Shown piece by piece: positions 40,972-54,204 of a DNA stretch of 64,000 nt (positions are counted from its first letter, which is position 1; every line of letters starts with the position of its first letter). The DNA lies in NCBI GenBank assembly GCA_036172245.1, contig JAYWIR010000006.1, forward strand, positions 4,588,001 through 4,652,000, written 5' to 3'. The position numbers were made by a program, and so were the translations under genes. This DNA comes from Raillietiella orientalis. Taxonomy: Eukaryota. Under the pieces are notes generated by a model. The model worked only from the letters and a program-made list of their open reading frames with translations. It searched no databases and was not told the origin of the DNA.

Positions 40972-42642
40972 GAAAGATTTCCACAGTAGCCTTCCATTTT
41001 GCTGCAGGGCTTCTCCTATGTGTTCCAGTTCCAGGAAGGCAGCACTGAGGAGAGAGACATTCGACCTGTCCACACATTCTCCACGATAGGTTCCAGAATC
41101 TCCTGGAGCGAGCAGTTGTTGTCAAAGCGGTACAGCAATCGCTGTGCCTGTTCCAGGAATGGCTCCTGGTTCCTTTTCCACGTGCGGTCGATTTCCTGCA
41201 ACCAGACACTACCATTCGCGGGGCAGTGTCATCAACTGGAGGTGCGTCCTCGTGCTTCCTTGGACGTTGAAGCAGCCGTAGTGCCTCCTCCGTGCTAATG
41301 CACCCTTGCGTTTCCGGTGCGCAAAGCTAAGCTGATCTTGCAGGCACCATCAGACTTTTGGCAGACTGTCTCTCGCATCTTTGAAATCAAGGTTCTTTCC
41401 CGAGGTCTCAGTGCGTGTGTAGGGTGGATCTCCTCTGTGCAGGGGCGTGCTGCAGTTTCACTCTCCCTTTCATCCTCGTTGCATTGACGAAATCGACCAG
41501 GTTGTTGATGTGTCGCAGAAAGCACTTCCCCAGCTTGAGGTGAAAGTGATGTTTCCATGTGTCTTCGTGCACCGTCCCCTCCCTTCCGGTTTAAAACCGA
41601 CGTCTCGAACTGAAGCGGCTATTCCTCGGAAAGCTTCCTCGACGCGCAAGTCCAGCTGGCAGCTGAAACTGAAGATGGCTCAGGAAGAAACGCAGCTTCC
41701 TCGACGACCAACGAACAAGAAGAACAAAAATTCACCCGAGGATGGGTTCATCTTGGACTCATCCTGCTGAACGATTTGTGTTTTCGTCCTACCTTCGCTG
41801 AAAACTGTCTTCCTCTCGGGAAAGAACTGGAAGAACAGGAAGAAATGTTGGTAAAGTTTCCTTGTCTCGGTCGATTCGAAGAGTGCTGTAACTTCGAAGA
41901 TGTCACTGAACAATGGAAGACCGTGACAGAGAGAGTCGCTGGCGTTTAAATTGTGCCAGCTCAAGTTTGCTCCTCCAGCAACCTTCTTTGCTCTTTGAAA
42001 CATTAACAGCGTGTGCTCCTTGACTCTGCCCACTTTGAAAACCAAACGGCCAGGCGGTCCTCCTCGTTCGAGGAAGAGTTTCCATCATTCCTAGGTTGGT
42101 TCGAAGAAGAGATGCTGCGTGCGCGCTCCTCATCAAGTTTGCAGCTCGCTTCTGGGGACTCGGTGGAGGAAGTGCTCCTCGGTCCTGTCTTTCTGGACGC
42201 ACGGGTTGAGCCTTGTGTGGAAAAAAAGAGAGAGGGAACCGCGGATTCCCGGACCTTGGATTTCCTTTTCCGTTGTTTTGGCTCTCGATCTGAGCGCTCG
42301 GGAAGCCTTCGGATTAGCAGCACACATCACAGCGAAAGACCCGGCAGCCCAGGCAGCTGCGCGTCCCACGACGATGAGCGCTGGTTCCTCGATGGTGAAA
42401 TGGGAAAGCTGTCAGAGTGGGGAGGCAACTTTGCGAACGCTGAAGTCTCCAAGGATCCCTTTGGACAGGAAGGGCAGAATTTCGCGAATCGGCTGCGGCG
42501 GAACGGACACAGCACGGAAGGAACGGCCCTTCCGGGATCCGCGTAAAGTTCCTTCAGCGAGCTAACGGTTCTAAATTTGGTTGGTGAGAATCGGTGGATC
42601 GAATTCGAAATTCCTACGTCCGCGTTCATTAATTGAAAAGTG

Positions 42643-43017
42643 CAGTGGTGTCTCGGTACTCGACAGTGTCAGAACTCGTCGAACTCGGTACTCGTCGTCG
42701 CGTTTCGACGAGGAAAAACATGTTGCGACACTCGGCGCGTGCTCGGAACCCTCGACACCTCACTCATGACGAAACAAGTGCACGTTTTCCGTCTCGTGGT
42801 AGCTCGCGAACAGTGTCGAACACTTCCGTAGAGTGTCTCCCGAATCGTCCCCTCCCCCTTTTTGTGCTTTCTGTTCATTTTAAGAGTTAACCGCGGATCC
42901 TAAAGTGGTTAAAAATGAAATCGCGAAGCCTAGGACGGAACTCGTTCGGTACGCGTAGGTTTCGGCACTCGTCACGAGTTCCGAGACGGAATACCGACGA
43001 GTACCGAGGTACCACTG
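42643..43017. mobile_element. Non-autonomous DNA transposon (MITE) with imperfect terminal inverted repeats, pogo/Tigger-like ends
   Basis: Left CAGTGGTGTCTCGGTACTCGAC vs reverse complement of the right end CAGTGGTACCTCGGTACTCGTC (19/22). Internal ACTCGTC/GAACTCG sub-repeats occur near both ends. TA target duplication not preserved. Confidence 0.7.
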
Positions 43018-44739
43018 CGCTTATTTTTCAATGTATATAATTTTTTGAGATCCTTATCGCACTTTTTGATGTTTCCTTAGAAGTCCCTCCTGTGTTTTTT
43101 TTACCCCCGAAAGCAGACCGAGGAAGATTTCGCTTTTTTTTTCTCTCTCTCTCTCTCTCTACTTCCCTTCACCCCTGTGCTTTTAAACCGCAACGGGGTC
43201 GCTGGACTTGGGACGCTCTGAGTCACCGGGTGGTCAACGGGTGAAAGAAGGCGGCGCATCAAGCAGGTGTTCCGTCAGACCTTGATTCTGATTTCATCCG
43301 AAATGCTTTCGAGTTCCGCCGAACGTAATCGCCCAGGATGTCGTCCTTGTCTGCCGCGTCCGTTCCTGGAAGCGTTTCCTGGATTTCGCGTGATCGTTCT
43401 CCGAATTCGCGGCCTCTCGGTGTCCGACCACGCATGCGCGCTATGACGTCATGCGACCGTCCCGAGCGTTCTGCGAGCTGATGGCGGACCCGTTCTCCTG
43501 ACGCCGAGCATTTCCAGTCCTCTCGCGTGGAGGCGGGAGCATATTTCTCGTTCTCTCCTCCTCCTCCTCCTCCTCCTGAAACCGTCTGCGGCCTGCCCCG
43601 GACGCAAGTGGAAAACCCTTCTTCCTACGTCCTTCCGCTTCTCTTTCCGCTCCGCCATGGCAACACGTGAATTCGAACTGCATCATGGCAACACTGGGAG
43701 CGTCACGCCCCGCGTACTTTCTTTCGTTCTCGCCAAAACAAAAAAAAAAAGACAAAAAGCTGAGACGCGATCGGCGAAGCGGTTTCTGACAGGTGCCGCC
43801 CCACGCCGGGATCGGAGCGCCGGAATCCCGCACGGTCGATCCTCCGGCGGTTGTCCTGGCAGCCCTGCGGGAAGCGCGCGGAACCCCTGCGTGGTCTCCG
43901 GGTCGGCCCCGAATGAAGTCACGAGCCGCGGAGAGCCTGCAGCAGCAAGCCCGGGCGCGGGGAACGTTGACACGGAACGTGGCCAGATGCAAATTTTCCC
44001 GAAGCGCGCGTCCCGAGCGCAAGGGATGGATGACCTTCGTCCACTCACGATCCGATGCGTGCAACGGAAAGTCCGTCGAGGTGAGGAAGGCGAAGAAGGG
44101 TGCGTGTGCTCGCCTGCGACGAGCTCTCTCTCGCGCGCGCGTTTCCTTCTCTCCCTGCTGCCCTCTCTCCCACGCGGACTGCTTGCTGCGCATCGGAGGG
44201 GGGGGCGACACACGTGTGGGTGTTGCTCTGCTGCATGCAGACCGCTGTGTTGGTCAGTGCCGTCCAGGCGGCCGGGCTCTCGGGCGCGCGGACGAGCGAG
44301 AAAATCTTCGCAGGAATCAGCAGCAGCCTCGTTCGCTTCGTTTGATGCGATTACGGATCGCTCCATCACGCTCTGCGGGTCGTCATCCACAGATGTTCCC
44401 TCTTTTTTTTGGGTAGGTGGGTGGAGAAAGCTCTTCAACGCTGCCCACGCCATCTGAGGGTGAAACCCCGGGTGGCTTGGGCGAAAGTAGGGCTTCAAGT
44501 TAGGGTGAAACCCTGTCAGTCCAGAAAGGGTTTGGAGGAAGGAATTCTTTTGCTCTTTTGGTAGGGAGCTCCCGACAGCTCCCTCGCGCGTGGGTGCGAC
44601 GACTTTGCAGACGTCCTCTCCGCACCCTCACCCTCCCGACTGCCCCCCCTCTACCTGACACCTGGAGCTGTACCGCTTTCGTCCCAGAGCGCGTGCGCGC
44701 GCGACCCCTGATAGAGACCTTCCCCCTATCCTTTTTCCG

Positions 44740-45255
44740 CAGCACTGATCTCGGATCAGTGCCGCCGACTCCCCTCGCCCTGGTTGTCTCCGAAGGGAAC
44801 CCTGAAGAGGGATTCTCTTCCCTATCCTCTCCGGAAGGACCCCCCCTGGAAAGGATCGGCTCCTTGCCTCCAAGTGTGAAGAGAACCCCCCGAAGAGACT
44901 CTTCCTGATTCCTCTGATGGGAGCAGCGCGCTTCTTGCTCTCTGGAGAGGCACCAATCCACCAGCTCCATGGTACGAGACGGAGGGTCGCTCCCTCCCCC
45001 TCCCTCGAGGAAGGAGAGCGGTTCCTTTGCACAACCGGAGGGACCCCCGGGGGGAAGTTAGCTTCCGACCACGACCGGGCAACGGGGTCGTCGGGGGCCT
45101 TCCACCAGTGCCGCGCCCAAATATAGACCAGCCAACGTGGAGTCCTGTGGGGAGGACTACACACTTCGCACCCCCATTTCTCGACGTACCCCCGGGCGAG
45201 ATTCGAAGCCGCAACGCCCCGGTACGCGCGGACACCGCAGCAAGGACGTGAATGG
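44740..45255 (-). mobile_element. tRNA-headed SINE-like repeat (degenerate head + body)
   Basis: Minus strand GCTGCGG...ACCGGGGCGTTGCGGCTTCGAATCTCGCCCGGG...GAGAAATGGGGG (45170-45245), then CAAGAAGCGCGCTGCTCC and GGTTCCCTTCGGAGACAACCAGGG, matching the other copies. Confidence 0.6.
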
Positions 45256-46034
45256 GACAAATGCGACCGGGACAAAGTGGGACCGCTGACGGCGCCTTGC
45301 AACAGCTTTTCGGCAGCTCCGGTCGGCGGGAGATTGGGCGTTCGTCGACCCGGAGGGTGGGGCTCAACGGCGGCGGGCGCAGGAAGAGGAGGATGTGCCC
45401 TGCTCCTCGGCCGTTTCGAAGGGCAACCTTCCCAAAACGCAATCGAGCAGGGGACTCCCTCAGCGACAGCTTCTGGTCGACCCGGGGGAAGGGAGGGGAG
45501 GAGATGCTTGGTTGCCGCGGGAACCCTCGGTGATCTACCTCTTCCGGGTCAATGGAAAAGTTGCCTCTCCTTCCAGATGGCGCCTCTTCTTGGATGCTGG
45601 AACATCCCAAGGGTAAGTCGCTGTGCAGCTGGGCGCGCGCAGCTTCCCGGCTGTGCGGAACCGATGCTGCCGTCTCCAGAAGGGTGGGACTGCGAGAAGG
45701 CGTTCCTCCTCCTCTTCCTAGCCGGTTCAGCCCATCCGGCTCCTGCTGCCGTACACGGAGAAAAAAAAAGGACTTCAAAGAGAACGATGCGCGTGCCTAG
45801 CAGGTCTCCTAGACCAGTGCCGGCAGAAAGAAGGGACGATCCGGAAGAGTGCACCAGGAGGAAGGAATCCGCGCGAACACAGATCGGGAGGAACAATGAA
45901 GCGCTGCTTCTGTCCCCGGACACACCTACGTGCGTGTACGCACACTTCTTTGCAGAGCGCGCTCAGGGCATGTCTGCGTGTTTTCCTGCGCGCGACCCGC
46001 TTGGATGCGGCAATCTGTCGTTGCGTGTTCGCCC

Positions 46035-46125
46035 GCCAAGGATCCACACGGCGCCGTGGGGATTCGAACGCGCGACCCCTGGCACCAGACGTGGAGGTCG
46101 CAGCCGAAACGGACGCCAGCGGGGA
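46035..46125 (-). repeat. Isolated tRNA-like head of the same repeat family
   Basis: Minus strand GGCTGCGACCTCCACGTCTGGTGCCAGGGGTCGCGCGTTCGAATCCCC. Same GGCTGCG...GTCGCG.GTTCGAATC layout as 708-756. Confidence 0.5.
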
Positions 46126-48060
46126 CGTTCAAAAAGCGGCAACATTCGCGGCAGTTGATTTTTCCTTTTTTCGTTTTTTTCCTGCTATCACACTTTCTTC
46201 TTCTTCTTTTTCTTCTTCAGACCTAACCAGACTGTCATTCAAGAATGATCTCGGAGCTGATAACGACGAAATTTGTGTGTGGTAGTTGCTTGGTCGGGTT
46301 GCAGCCACCAAGGCAGCGCCGAGCTTAAGACCTCGAAGGGAGTAACTCTTTGGACACACCGGAGCTTGAGATGTTGTCGCGGGACCTCTTTGGTCGCTTG
46401 TTTACCCCTTTGGAGTTCCCCAAGATGGCGACCCGCCCGAGAGAACCCGCCTTTCGAGTTCGTTCGCCGCCCTTTGTGATTTCATGTCCGAGGCACCGCG
46501 GTGCACCTTCCGAACACCTCCGCGCAAGCAAACACGGGGTAGCGTTCACCGCTTGATGCTACGAACCAGCTGGAAGCGAAAAAGTTTCCCGCCAGTCCAC
46601 AAAAGGGAAGCAGGGAGTCGTCGGAACTTGCCCCGATCATCTCCCCCAAAGCTGCTGCATCGGTTCGGTTCCCGCTGGCAACAGCCACGTGCTCCAGCGC
46701 CGCTGGGATCAAAGCCCCACGCGCTTTTGACCGTCCTGCATGGCAGCAGAGGGAGATGGCGCCGGTTCGCGGCAGAGAAATGCCTGATCCGCAAATGGAC
46801 CCCTAAAATCGGGGGAAGGGGGAGGGGGCACGGCGGCGAACGGGGCCTCTTGACGGACCTCACGCAAATCAAGGGACAGGTGGAAATTCCGTCCAGGTCT
46901 TCGAAGTACAAGACCCGAAGAACATTCCCGCAATCAGGTCTGAAAACAAAGATGGCAGTGCCGTCGGATGGTCCAACCTTTATTTCTCTTCGACAGATTC
47001 GCCGTTCCCGATCTGTATTCACATCCCGTCCGGTTTCCTGCAAAAGCTTGGCGGTGCCATTTCTTCAAAAATATATATATATATGTTTTTTCCCAGCCTT
47101 GCACTTGAGATGAGACTGCGAGATGACCGATGGATCAAAACACGCCGCAGCAGCGCAAGGATGTGGAAAGCGAAGAGGGGTTTCTCTTGGGACACGAGGG
47201 TGCGGGACAACGCTCATCGGTCCGGCAAACCGGAGGGAGGCAAAAACCCAAGGCAGAGAAAGAGGGGAGCAAAGCCGCAGCGGCGGTATCTTTGCGGTTC
47301 GCGGTGGTGCGGAAGGTGAGTAGTCGCACAGGGCTGAGGAGGGAGGAAGGCATCCGCCAGAGGAAGAGGATCTTACCAGCACGGCACGGACCAGCTGCCG
47401 CGTTTTCCTCGCACGAGCCATGGGCAACGCAAGAAGCGTTCGAAGGCACGCGAGGCCCCCCTTCGCAGATGTGGCGAGCGGCCGCCCGCAACTTTTCGCC
47501 GGGGATTTCGCCGAACTCGCCACGGCCGAAGGGGAACCAACGCTTACAACTGGAGAGGGCTCAGCGTGGCATGAGGCGAGAGAGGGAAGGAGGTGTGGGA
47601 GGAAGCCGTGGTTCGGCGCCTCCTGCCAGGTGGAACTCCCGTAGACGGTGTCGCCGTGTCCGTCAGGCGTGTAGAACGCTCGGGGCGTTTCCCTCGTCCG
47701 CTGCGAAGAACGAGCCGCTGACAGGCGCCGCAGTGGGGGCACCACGGCTGTTCCCCAGCGCAGGCGGCGGAACATCTCGTCGAGCGCCGCTCCCTCATAT
47801 TTCAATACTTCCCCAAACCAACTCGCGGGAGGGAGGAGGGGATTTATTCACAGAACGAACACACACACACGCAGACAAAGCACTGGATCACCGTTGCGGC
47901 CTGTGCGGGTACAATACTACTACACCTTCCCGGCCGCACAGTTGAGGATTCTGAGGCAGTGAGGAAGAGTCCAAGATGGAACTCTTCTTCACGCCCGGAA
48001 GTTTAGTTTTGCTGATAATGATCTCCGGAAAAAGCTGACGGTCATCCGCACGGTGGGGTC

Positions 48061-48921
48061 TTAGCAGGGAACACCGTCTTTGCCTTCGAAGAGTCTCGCA
48101 GGATCTACAGCGTCGACGTGTCTTCCATCTCCACTGCCCGCTTCACCACTCTCCAATCCCAGATCGAGGGTTTGGGAGGTGCACATGTGCAGGTCGTCTT
48201 CGATAGACCCGCACCCTGGGCACTGGTCGTCGTCGGGGTTCCCGATCCAGTGCTGGAGGAGCCTCGCGCCACACAGGATGCCTGCGTGACAGAACATCAG
48301 GAGGCTATCCTGGATGCTAGGCGGTAAGGTGGATCTCCGCAGAACCGTCCCGATCGCCTGTGAGTCGAGGGCATCATTGCCCAGTCTACATCTCATCTTT
48401 CCCGTTGCTTCGCACGATGCGACGTCTTCCGGCATCCTTAAGCTGCTTATTTGGAGGTTCACTCTGGACCACTGGGGGCCTTGGTCTTGCCAAAGCACGC
48501 ATGTCCTATGGGTTATCTTCCCCTCTAATCTCCTTTTGGACGCGAGGACTTGTGCGTGGATAACCATGCTGCTCGACAGTTGCTCGCCTGCCTCCATGGT
48601 AATCTTTCCGGTCGTCTGGATCCATAGTCCAGTTTCCCAAGGAACGCTGATAAACAGCGGGATCACCTTGGTGAGCTCTTTACTCCTTGGCACGATTTTC
48701 AACTTCAAATTTCCACAGGAGACGCTGGATTCGTACCAGCGTTGGGTCCACTTTCTTCCAGCCGCCCTCTTGGAGAGCCATGGGGGACATGAGGCCGTAG
48801 GTTCCGTGCGCCAGCTTTGCGCAGGCTCGGTGGAACGCGAACGGCCATCGTCCCACGCTCTAATGATTCGGACCAGATGTCTGAGGTCCTGGAGCTTCAG
48901 AGCAGCGGCTACGTCGTGCAC
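48061..48921 (-). mobile_element. 3' part of ORF2 of a second L1/Tx1-like non-LTR retrotransposon family
   Basis: 286-codon frame starting with ALKLQDL (GGLGLxDL-like position) and ending in IQDSLLMFCHAGILCGARLLQHW...DDQCPGCGSIEDDLHMC (zf-RVT-like). No clear DNA similarity to the family at 15-16 kb. Confidence 0.6.
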
Positions 48922-50019
48922 ACCGGTGCCTCCTTCCGTCCACGCATTCCAAGTGGCACCTCTCGCCCATTCCGGGATGCGAACCCCTGCCGTGAAACGT
49001 GTTCCCGTGCGAACGGGGTGCGCAGAAAAAAAAAAAAAAAGGGTGGAGAACGAAACGCCTTCGAGGGGTAGGAGGTTTGGGAACGCGGGTCTGCGCGCGA
49101 GTGGAAAATTTCGTGCCGCGGTGGGCGTGGCCGGTTTCTGCCTCGCTCGTTCTTGCGCATGGGAGAGGTCGCGGCGTAATTTCGCTGCCGCCTTCGCCCC
49201 GGTCGGGAGTGGAAATCCCTAGCGCGAGGGCGAAGGAGTTGCGCGGGGCGGGGACCGCACCGGAAGTTTTCTTGGTCGTCGTCCCAGCTGAAGGGGGGGA
49301 GGCCTCGCGTCCATCGGCAGCGGTCGGAGGTGCGCCTGGCGTTCTCTTCGGGGAGAAAGCGACGGCCCTGCCTGAGGGCTGCAGAGGATGTCAGGCTCTC
49401 CGCCGCGTAGCGCCCTTTTGGAAGGGTCGGACCGCTCGGAACGAAGGGCCGCCTCCGCCCCCCTGCCTTCAGGCTCGAAGCGTTCCGCGCAGCTGCTCCC
49501 GGGGCGGGCAGTGCAAATTCTCCACCTCGACTGCCCCTGTTGCTTCGCGGTTCCTCCAAAGACAGCCGCTTCTTCCCGTCTTTCGCAGCGACCGTGAGTG
49601 ATCCGAGAGGAGGGAACACGTGCGGCTTGTTTGTCGCTGTTGCTGCGTGTTGGAACACGGCCCCGCCCATGCTGCACCCGGTCGCGGTCCCCTGGAAACC
49701 TGAAGTCAATCGCCCTCTCTGCTGGCCCCCCGAGACCCAGCACGATGTCTTCTGGTCCGGAACTCGCCGCCGACCGCGAAGCTGGGCAAAGAGACTTCTC
49801 AGACGTGGGTCGGTTCGTCTTCCTCCCGCCGCCCTTCTTCCAGGGTGACGCGCGTGGCTGTCGCTCAGCGAACGCCTTTGTCGCTACGGTCTGCTGCTGC
49901 AAGCGACCGAGGTCGATGTTTCCCGGTAGGCGCGGGAGGGGATCGCAGCCCCGGCTGAGGAATTCGGAACGGATGGGATGCGGCCCTGCCATCCGGCCGC
50001 GCCAAGGCGTTTATTGAAG

Positions 50020-50420
50020 CACAATAAACTCGCAACTCCCGTGGTAGGGCACGCAGTCCTGCCACGTTCAATTTTTCCTAAAGGGTTGCCCGTGCTCAGG
50101 CCGGCGAGGCACCGCACCTCGTCAGCGGAGGGGAAGGGAAAAAACAAAAATAAATAAATACAATATGGGAGAACGAGGCGAAGGAGCTAAAGTGCAGGTC
50201 TCTCGATGCACGCCAGCAAGATCGCATTCCGAAAGCGAAGCAGCCTCCAAACCTGGCAGTCCTGCCATCGACGGTTTTGCCCCTCCGGCATCAAGAGCGG
50301 CGCTCGCACAACGGTGGCGCATCCCGGCGACGAGATGACCCTGTTGGCCACTTCCTGCGACCGCCGGGTGCAGCAAGACAGCCGCCAGCGCGCGGAGGGA
50401 TCGACCGCCGGGCGGCGAGT
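50020..50420 (-). mobile_element. Retroelement derivative: degenerate zinc-knuckle-like sequence followed by the family's T-rich tract and structured 3' tail
   Basis: Minus strand TATTTATTTATTTTTGTTTTTTCCCTTCCCCTCCGCTGACGAGG...CCTCGCCGGCCTGAGCACGGGCAACCC resembles the tails at 16.4, 13.5, 40.3 and 62.6 kb. Upstream GQQGHL lies in a frameshifted CCHC-like context. Confidence 0.45.
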
Positions 50421-50867
50421 CGGGCGGACTGCCCGCCCGCCTCGCGCCGCACACTCGCCACGAACACCAAACACACGCGTCCCGTCCGTCCATCCGCTCC
50501 CTAATTCCACCCTGATTGTGTCACGAGCACGCAATCTTCCGTCGACGGAGCGGCGTATCTGGAATAACCGCTTTCCGAAACGACTCGTGCACGGTCCGCG
50601 GAGGAGGGAGCGCCCCAGCTGGCGAAGATTTTCCCCATGCCACGCACGAACGGATCGGCCGTTGCGAGCCGCGTGAACGGCGCGCGCAGCGCCTCACGGC
50701 TACGCCCGCGGTGTCAAGGTCGAGGAGCGAACGCGTCCCCGTTGCGCTCCGCATCGACGGATGACGAACGCAGAGAGGAGGCATCTCCGCAGCGCTGATT
50801 TCGAGGGTCCCGTGCATCCCTCCTTCCTGAGGACTGACGCGTCTGCACAAACAGGAACGCTGCTGCG

Positions 50868-50936
50868 GTCAACATGGCCGCTTGCTCCATCCGCTGCTGC
50901 TGTGTCAACATGGCCGCTTGCTCCATCCGCTGCTGC
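50868..50936. repeat. Tandem duplication, 36-bp unit x ~2
   Basis: GTCAACATGGCCGCTTGCTCCATCCGCTGCTGC occurs at 50868 and again at 50904. Confidence 0.9.
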
Positions 50937-53900
50937 CGCAGCAGCGAGTGAAGAAGGAACGTTTTTTTGTGTGCGTTTGCCCGCCGGCATCCCCCCCCCC
51001 CTGCTCGTCGCGATGTCGAGCAAGGCGCGCACGGAAATCTCCATATCTACGGACACTGCAATCTCGTTGGGACGTTGGGATGGAAGCACCCGCTCTCTCT
51101 CTCTCTCTCGGCTGTTATCTTGTGGGCCCCGCGACGAAACGCTCCTGCCTTTATCTTGGAAAGCTGTGGCTGGCGACATCAGCGGTTGGTTCCTGAATCC
51201 GCGTTCCCTGACATGTGCGCTCTTTGCACCAAACAGATGATAATTCGGGGCTGCAGCGTTCGTCGCCACCGGGCTCGAGCGGAAACCTCACTGAGTGGAA
51301 TATGGGAACATCAAGCCCGTCGGATACGTGAAGAAACACGGATGCAACTCCCCTCCCCTGTCCCCCGTATAACGCGGCGACGGATAACGAAAGAGCGCTG
51401 CGGTCCTCGTATAACGCGGCAAATCAGTCCCGCACGGCGCTGTGGATAAATTTCGCTTTTTCAGCGACGAGAGCGACAGCGCTGTAACCACGGAATGGTC
51501 CCACTTGGTTCAGCATCAACAAAACCCTAAAAAAAAGAGGTAGAATCGAACGCTTCTTTCCCTTTTGTCTTGAGGCGAAATTTATTAATATTATGGAATT
51601 CATTAACAATATTATTTATTCCACTGTCATTTTATCAATAAGGTATCGTGGTACCACTGTTTAACCCGTAGGCTGGTATAACGCGGAACGGACATCCCCC
51701 TCTAGAGCGTACCGTACATGCATTTCTAAAAGCCCTCACGCTCCCGAATGATCAGGACGTCAACTCGTGCACCTCTATAATAAATAGCTTGAAATAGCAG
51801 CTCGTAAAGAATGGAGTCATTCGTTATTTTGCGCATTCGACTCGTGCAACGCACCGTAAGATGGATAACTGATGCAAATGGTAGGTGCACGTAAAAAGAG
51901 GCACGGCGTCAAACGAGGTCTGTTTTCTTCTCGCACCAGGAGAGAAAGTTCATTAATCTTGTACGGCTGTCCGACTCGCGAAAAGAAAAGAAAAAAGAAA
52001 AGGGAGAGGGAGAGAGAGGGGGGAAAAACAGGCTTTCCAGCTCTACGCTCGTCGGAGAGGCCAACTCCGAATCCGCACAAAAAGCAGATCGCAGGTGTGC
52101 GCGCCTGCGGCAGGGGGCGCCAATGGGGAACGCGGGGCCGCTCCGCGGGCAGCGCCGCCTTCCCCGACGCGGCGAAGTTTCACCTCCCTCCCCTCCCTCT
52201 TGGGACGGGGCGCGCGCGATCCGCCTTCTCTCGGGCGCCCCTCGTTCCCTGCGCCGAGCCGAACGGGTCGCGGGTCCGCCGCGGGGGTGCCCCGAAGGCG
52301 GGGAGCGCGGCGGCTCGGGAACGCCCGGACGCTTCCAGCGCCCTGCGCGCAGGATGCTGGGACGAACCTGCCGCCTGCAGGCGAGCGACGGGCGCCGCAC
52401 CGAAAACGTATCGGACCGCGCACGCGCGAGCGACGACACCGGGGACTGCTGTTCCCTCCCCCTTCTTCTGCCTTCTCTCGGATGCGGTAGCTTCGGGAAA
52501 AGCGACGTGGGAAAAGCCAGGGAGCGAGAGATTCTGTCAATCATTTTCCTTGCCGGGGATTTTGACGTGGAAGGGGAGGGGGAAGGGAGGGGCAGACGGG
52601 AACGACGCAACACCTTACGAGTGCTTTATCGGCACTCCGGTCCCCGGAAGTCGCCGCCGCAAGGAAACGCTCACCGGTGCTCGCGCACTTGCATGAGCGC
52701 GAGCGCCGGAGGAAGAGGATGGAGAGGGGGGGGGGCATCGCATCACCCTCCTTCTCCCCGGTGCAGGCAGGAATGCGAAGTGGAGATCTCGGACCGTCAT
52801 CGCAGCGGACCACGATGCGCGCGCGCGGGCTGGGAAGGACGCGAAGCTCGCCCTGGACTGACCACGCGGTTCTCCCCCCCCCCCCCCGCCTTCGCGCGCC
52901 GAAAGCCGTGGCGCGGTCGGCCGGCGTCGCTTGCTGGGGCCTCTTCCCTGGTCGCGAGAGGGAGCGTTCGGCCGCAGCGCGTGCCCCACCGAAGGAAGGG
53001 TTGCGCCGGCGGTCGACCTTGCCCAAAACTTGCGCTTGCCGCGGCTCATTTCGAGACGCCACCGGAAGGCAGGCGCCAGCTTAGGCAGGGCTGCCACCAC
53101 CTCAGTGCGTCGACTCGGTCGGCTTAAGCGACGAGCCCGGAAACGGGAAGTCGGGCGGCCGGTGGAGCTCTCGGACATGGCCCGCCCGCCGCCCGGAGGT
53201 ACTTCTCGGAGAAGTGCGGCTAACACCCGGGAGAGGACGGCGGAGGGTGGACCCCGCGGTGTCGCCTCTGAAGGAAAGGGGGGGGAGGTTGCGCTTCTCC
53301 CCGTTGGCGAGTGGAGATGGAGAAGCGCGGCCGCGGAGGCGCGTCGCCCTTCCTCCCAGAGCCGGGACGGAATCGTTCCGCAGGGCAGCAGCAACAGCGA
53401 CTTTTGAGCTCCGACGGGCGACGCGAGGGACACGTGCGCAGCAGCGCTCGTTTCGGAGGGAGACAGCCGACCTGCCCTCGGGCGACCTGATCTCACCGCA
53501 ACCAACGTCTTCCCGTGAACACATCCATCGGACAACCTTCATCGGCTCCTCGCGTCGGCGGCCCCAGCGCCCAGCCCTTTCACTGCCCGTCCCGTGGCAG
53601 CCGATTTCAAAAAGAGCCTGCCGGCCGGCCAACGGCAGACGGGGGTGGGGTCAGCGTTCACAGGTCAGCGGGTCACTCACCGAGTCCCTGTGTCCTTTCC
53701 GGCCGGCGAAGAGGGGGTGAGGGAGGCCACGGGCTACGCCCTCCTCGACGGTCGCTCGCCCCCTCGGGCGGGAAGAAGGGTCGACCCTGTCCAACACTCA
53801 GGGTACGACGGCGTGCGTCGCCCCGCGGGGCGCAAGGCCACGGTGGCTCGAGACGACTTTCCCGCCGGGCGATCGCGGTGCGCAGCGATCGCCCGCGTCC

Positions 53901-54204
53901 AACGTGCGCTTCCTCCTCCTCTTTCCTCTTTGGCGCGGCTCGCTGTAGCAGCTGCTGCCGGGGAATGTTGAAGAGGCTGCCATTCCTCGGGCAGCCCCTT
54001 TCGCTGGAGGGGTTCCTCATCTCCGGAAGGCCCCGCGCTCCGGGTGGGACGACCTTCCGGAGGAACTAGCCAGGGTTTCCTGCGGACGCTTTGCCTGGGG
54101 CGTCCCGCCGTAGTGAGCGCGGAGGTCAAGCTGCTCTCGGAGCTGCAAGGCCGTTTGATGCGTCTGGGGAGGGCGTCGGAGTCCTCGGTCATCCTGGGAC
54201 GGAC

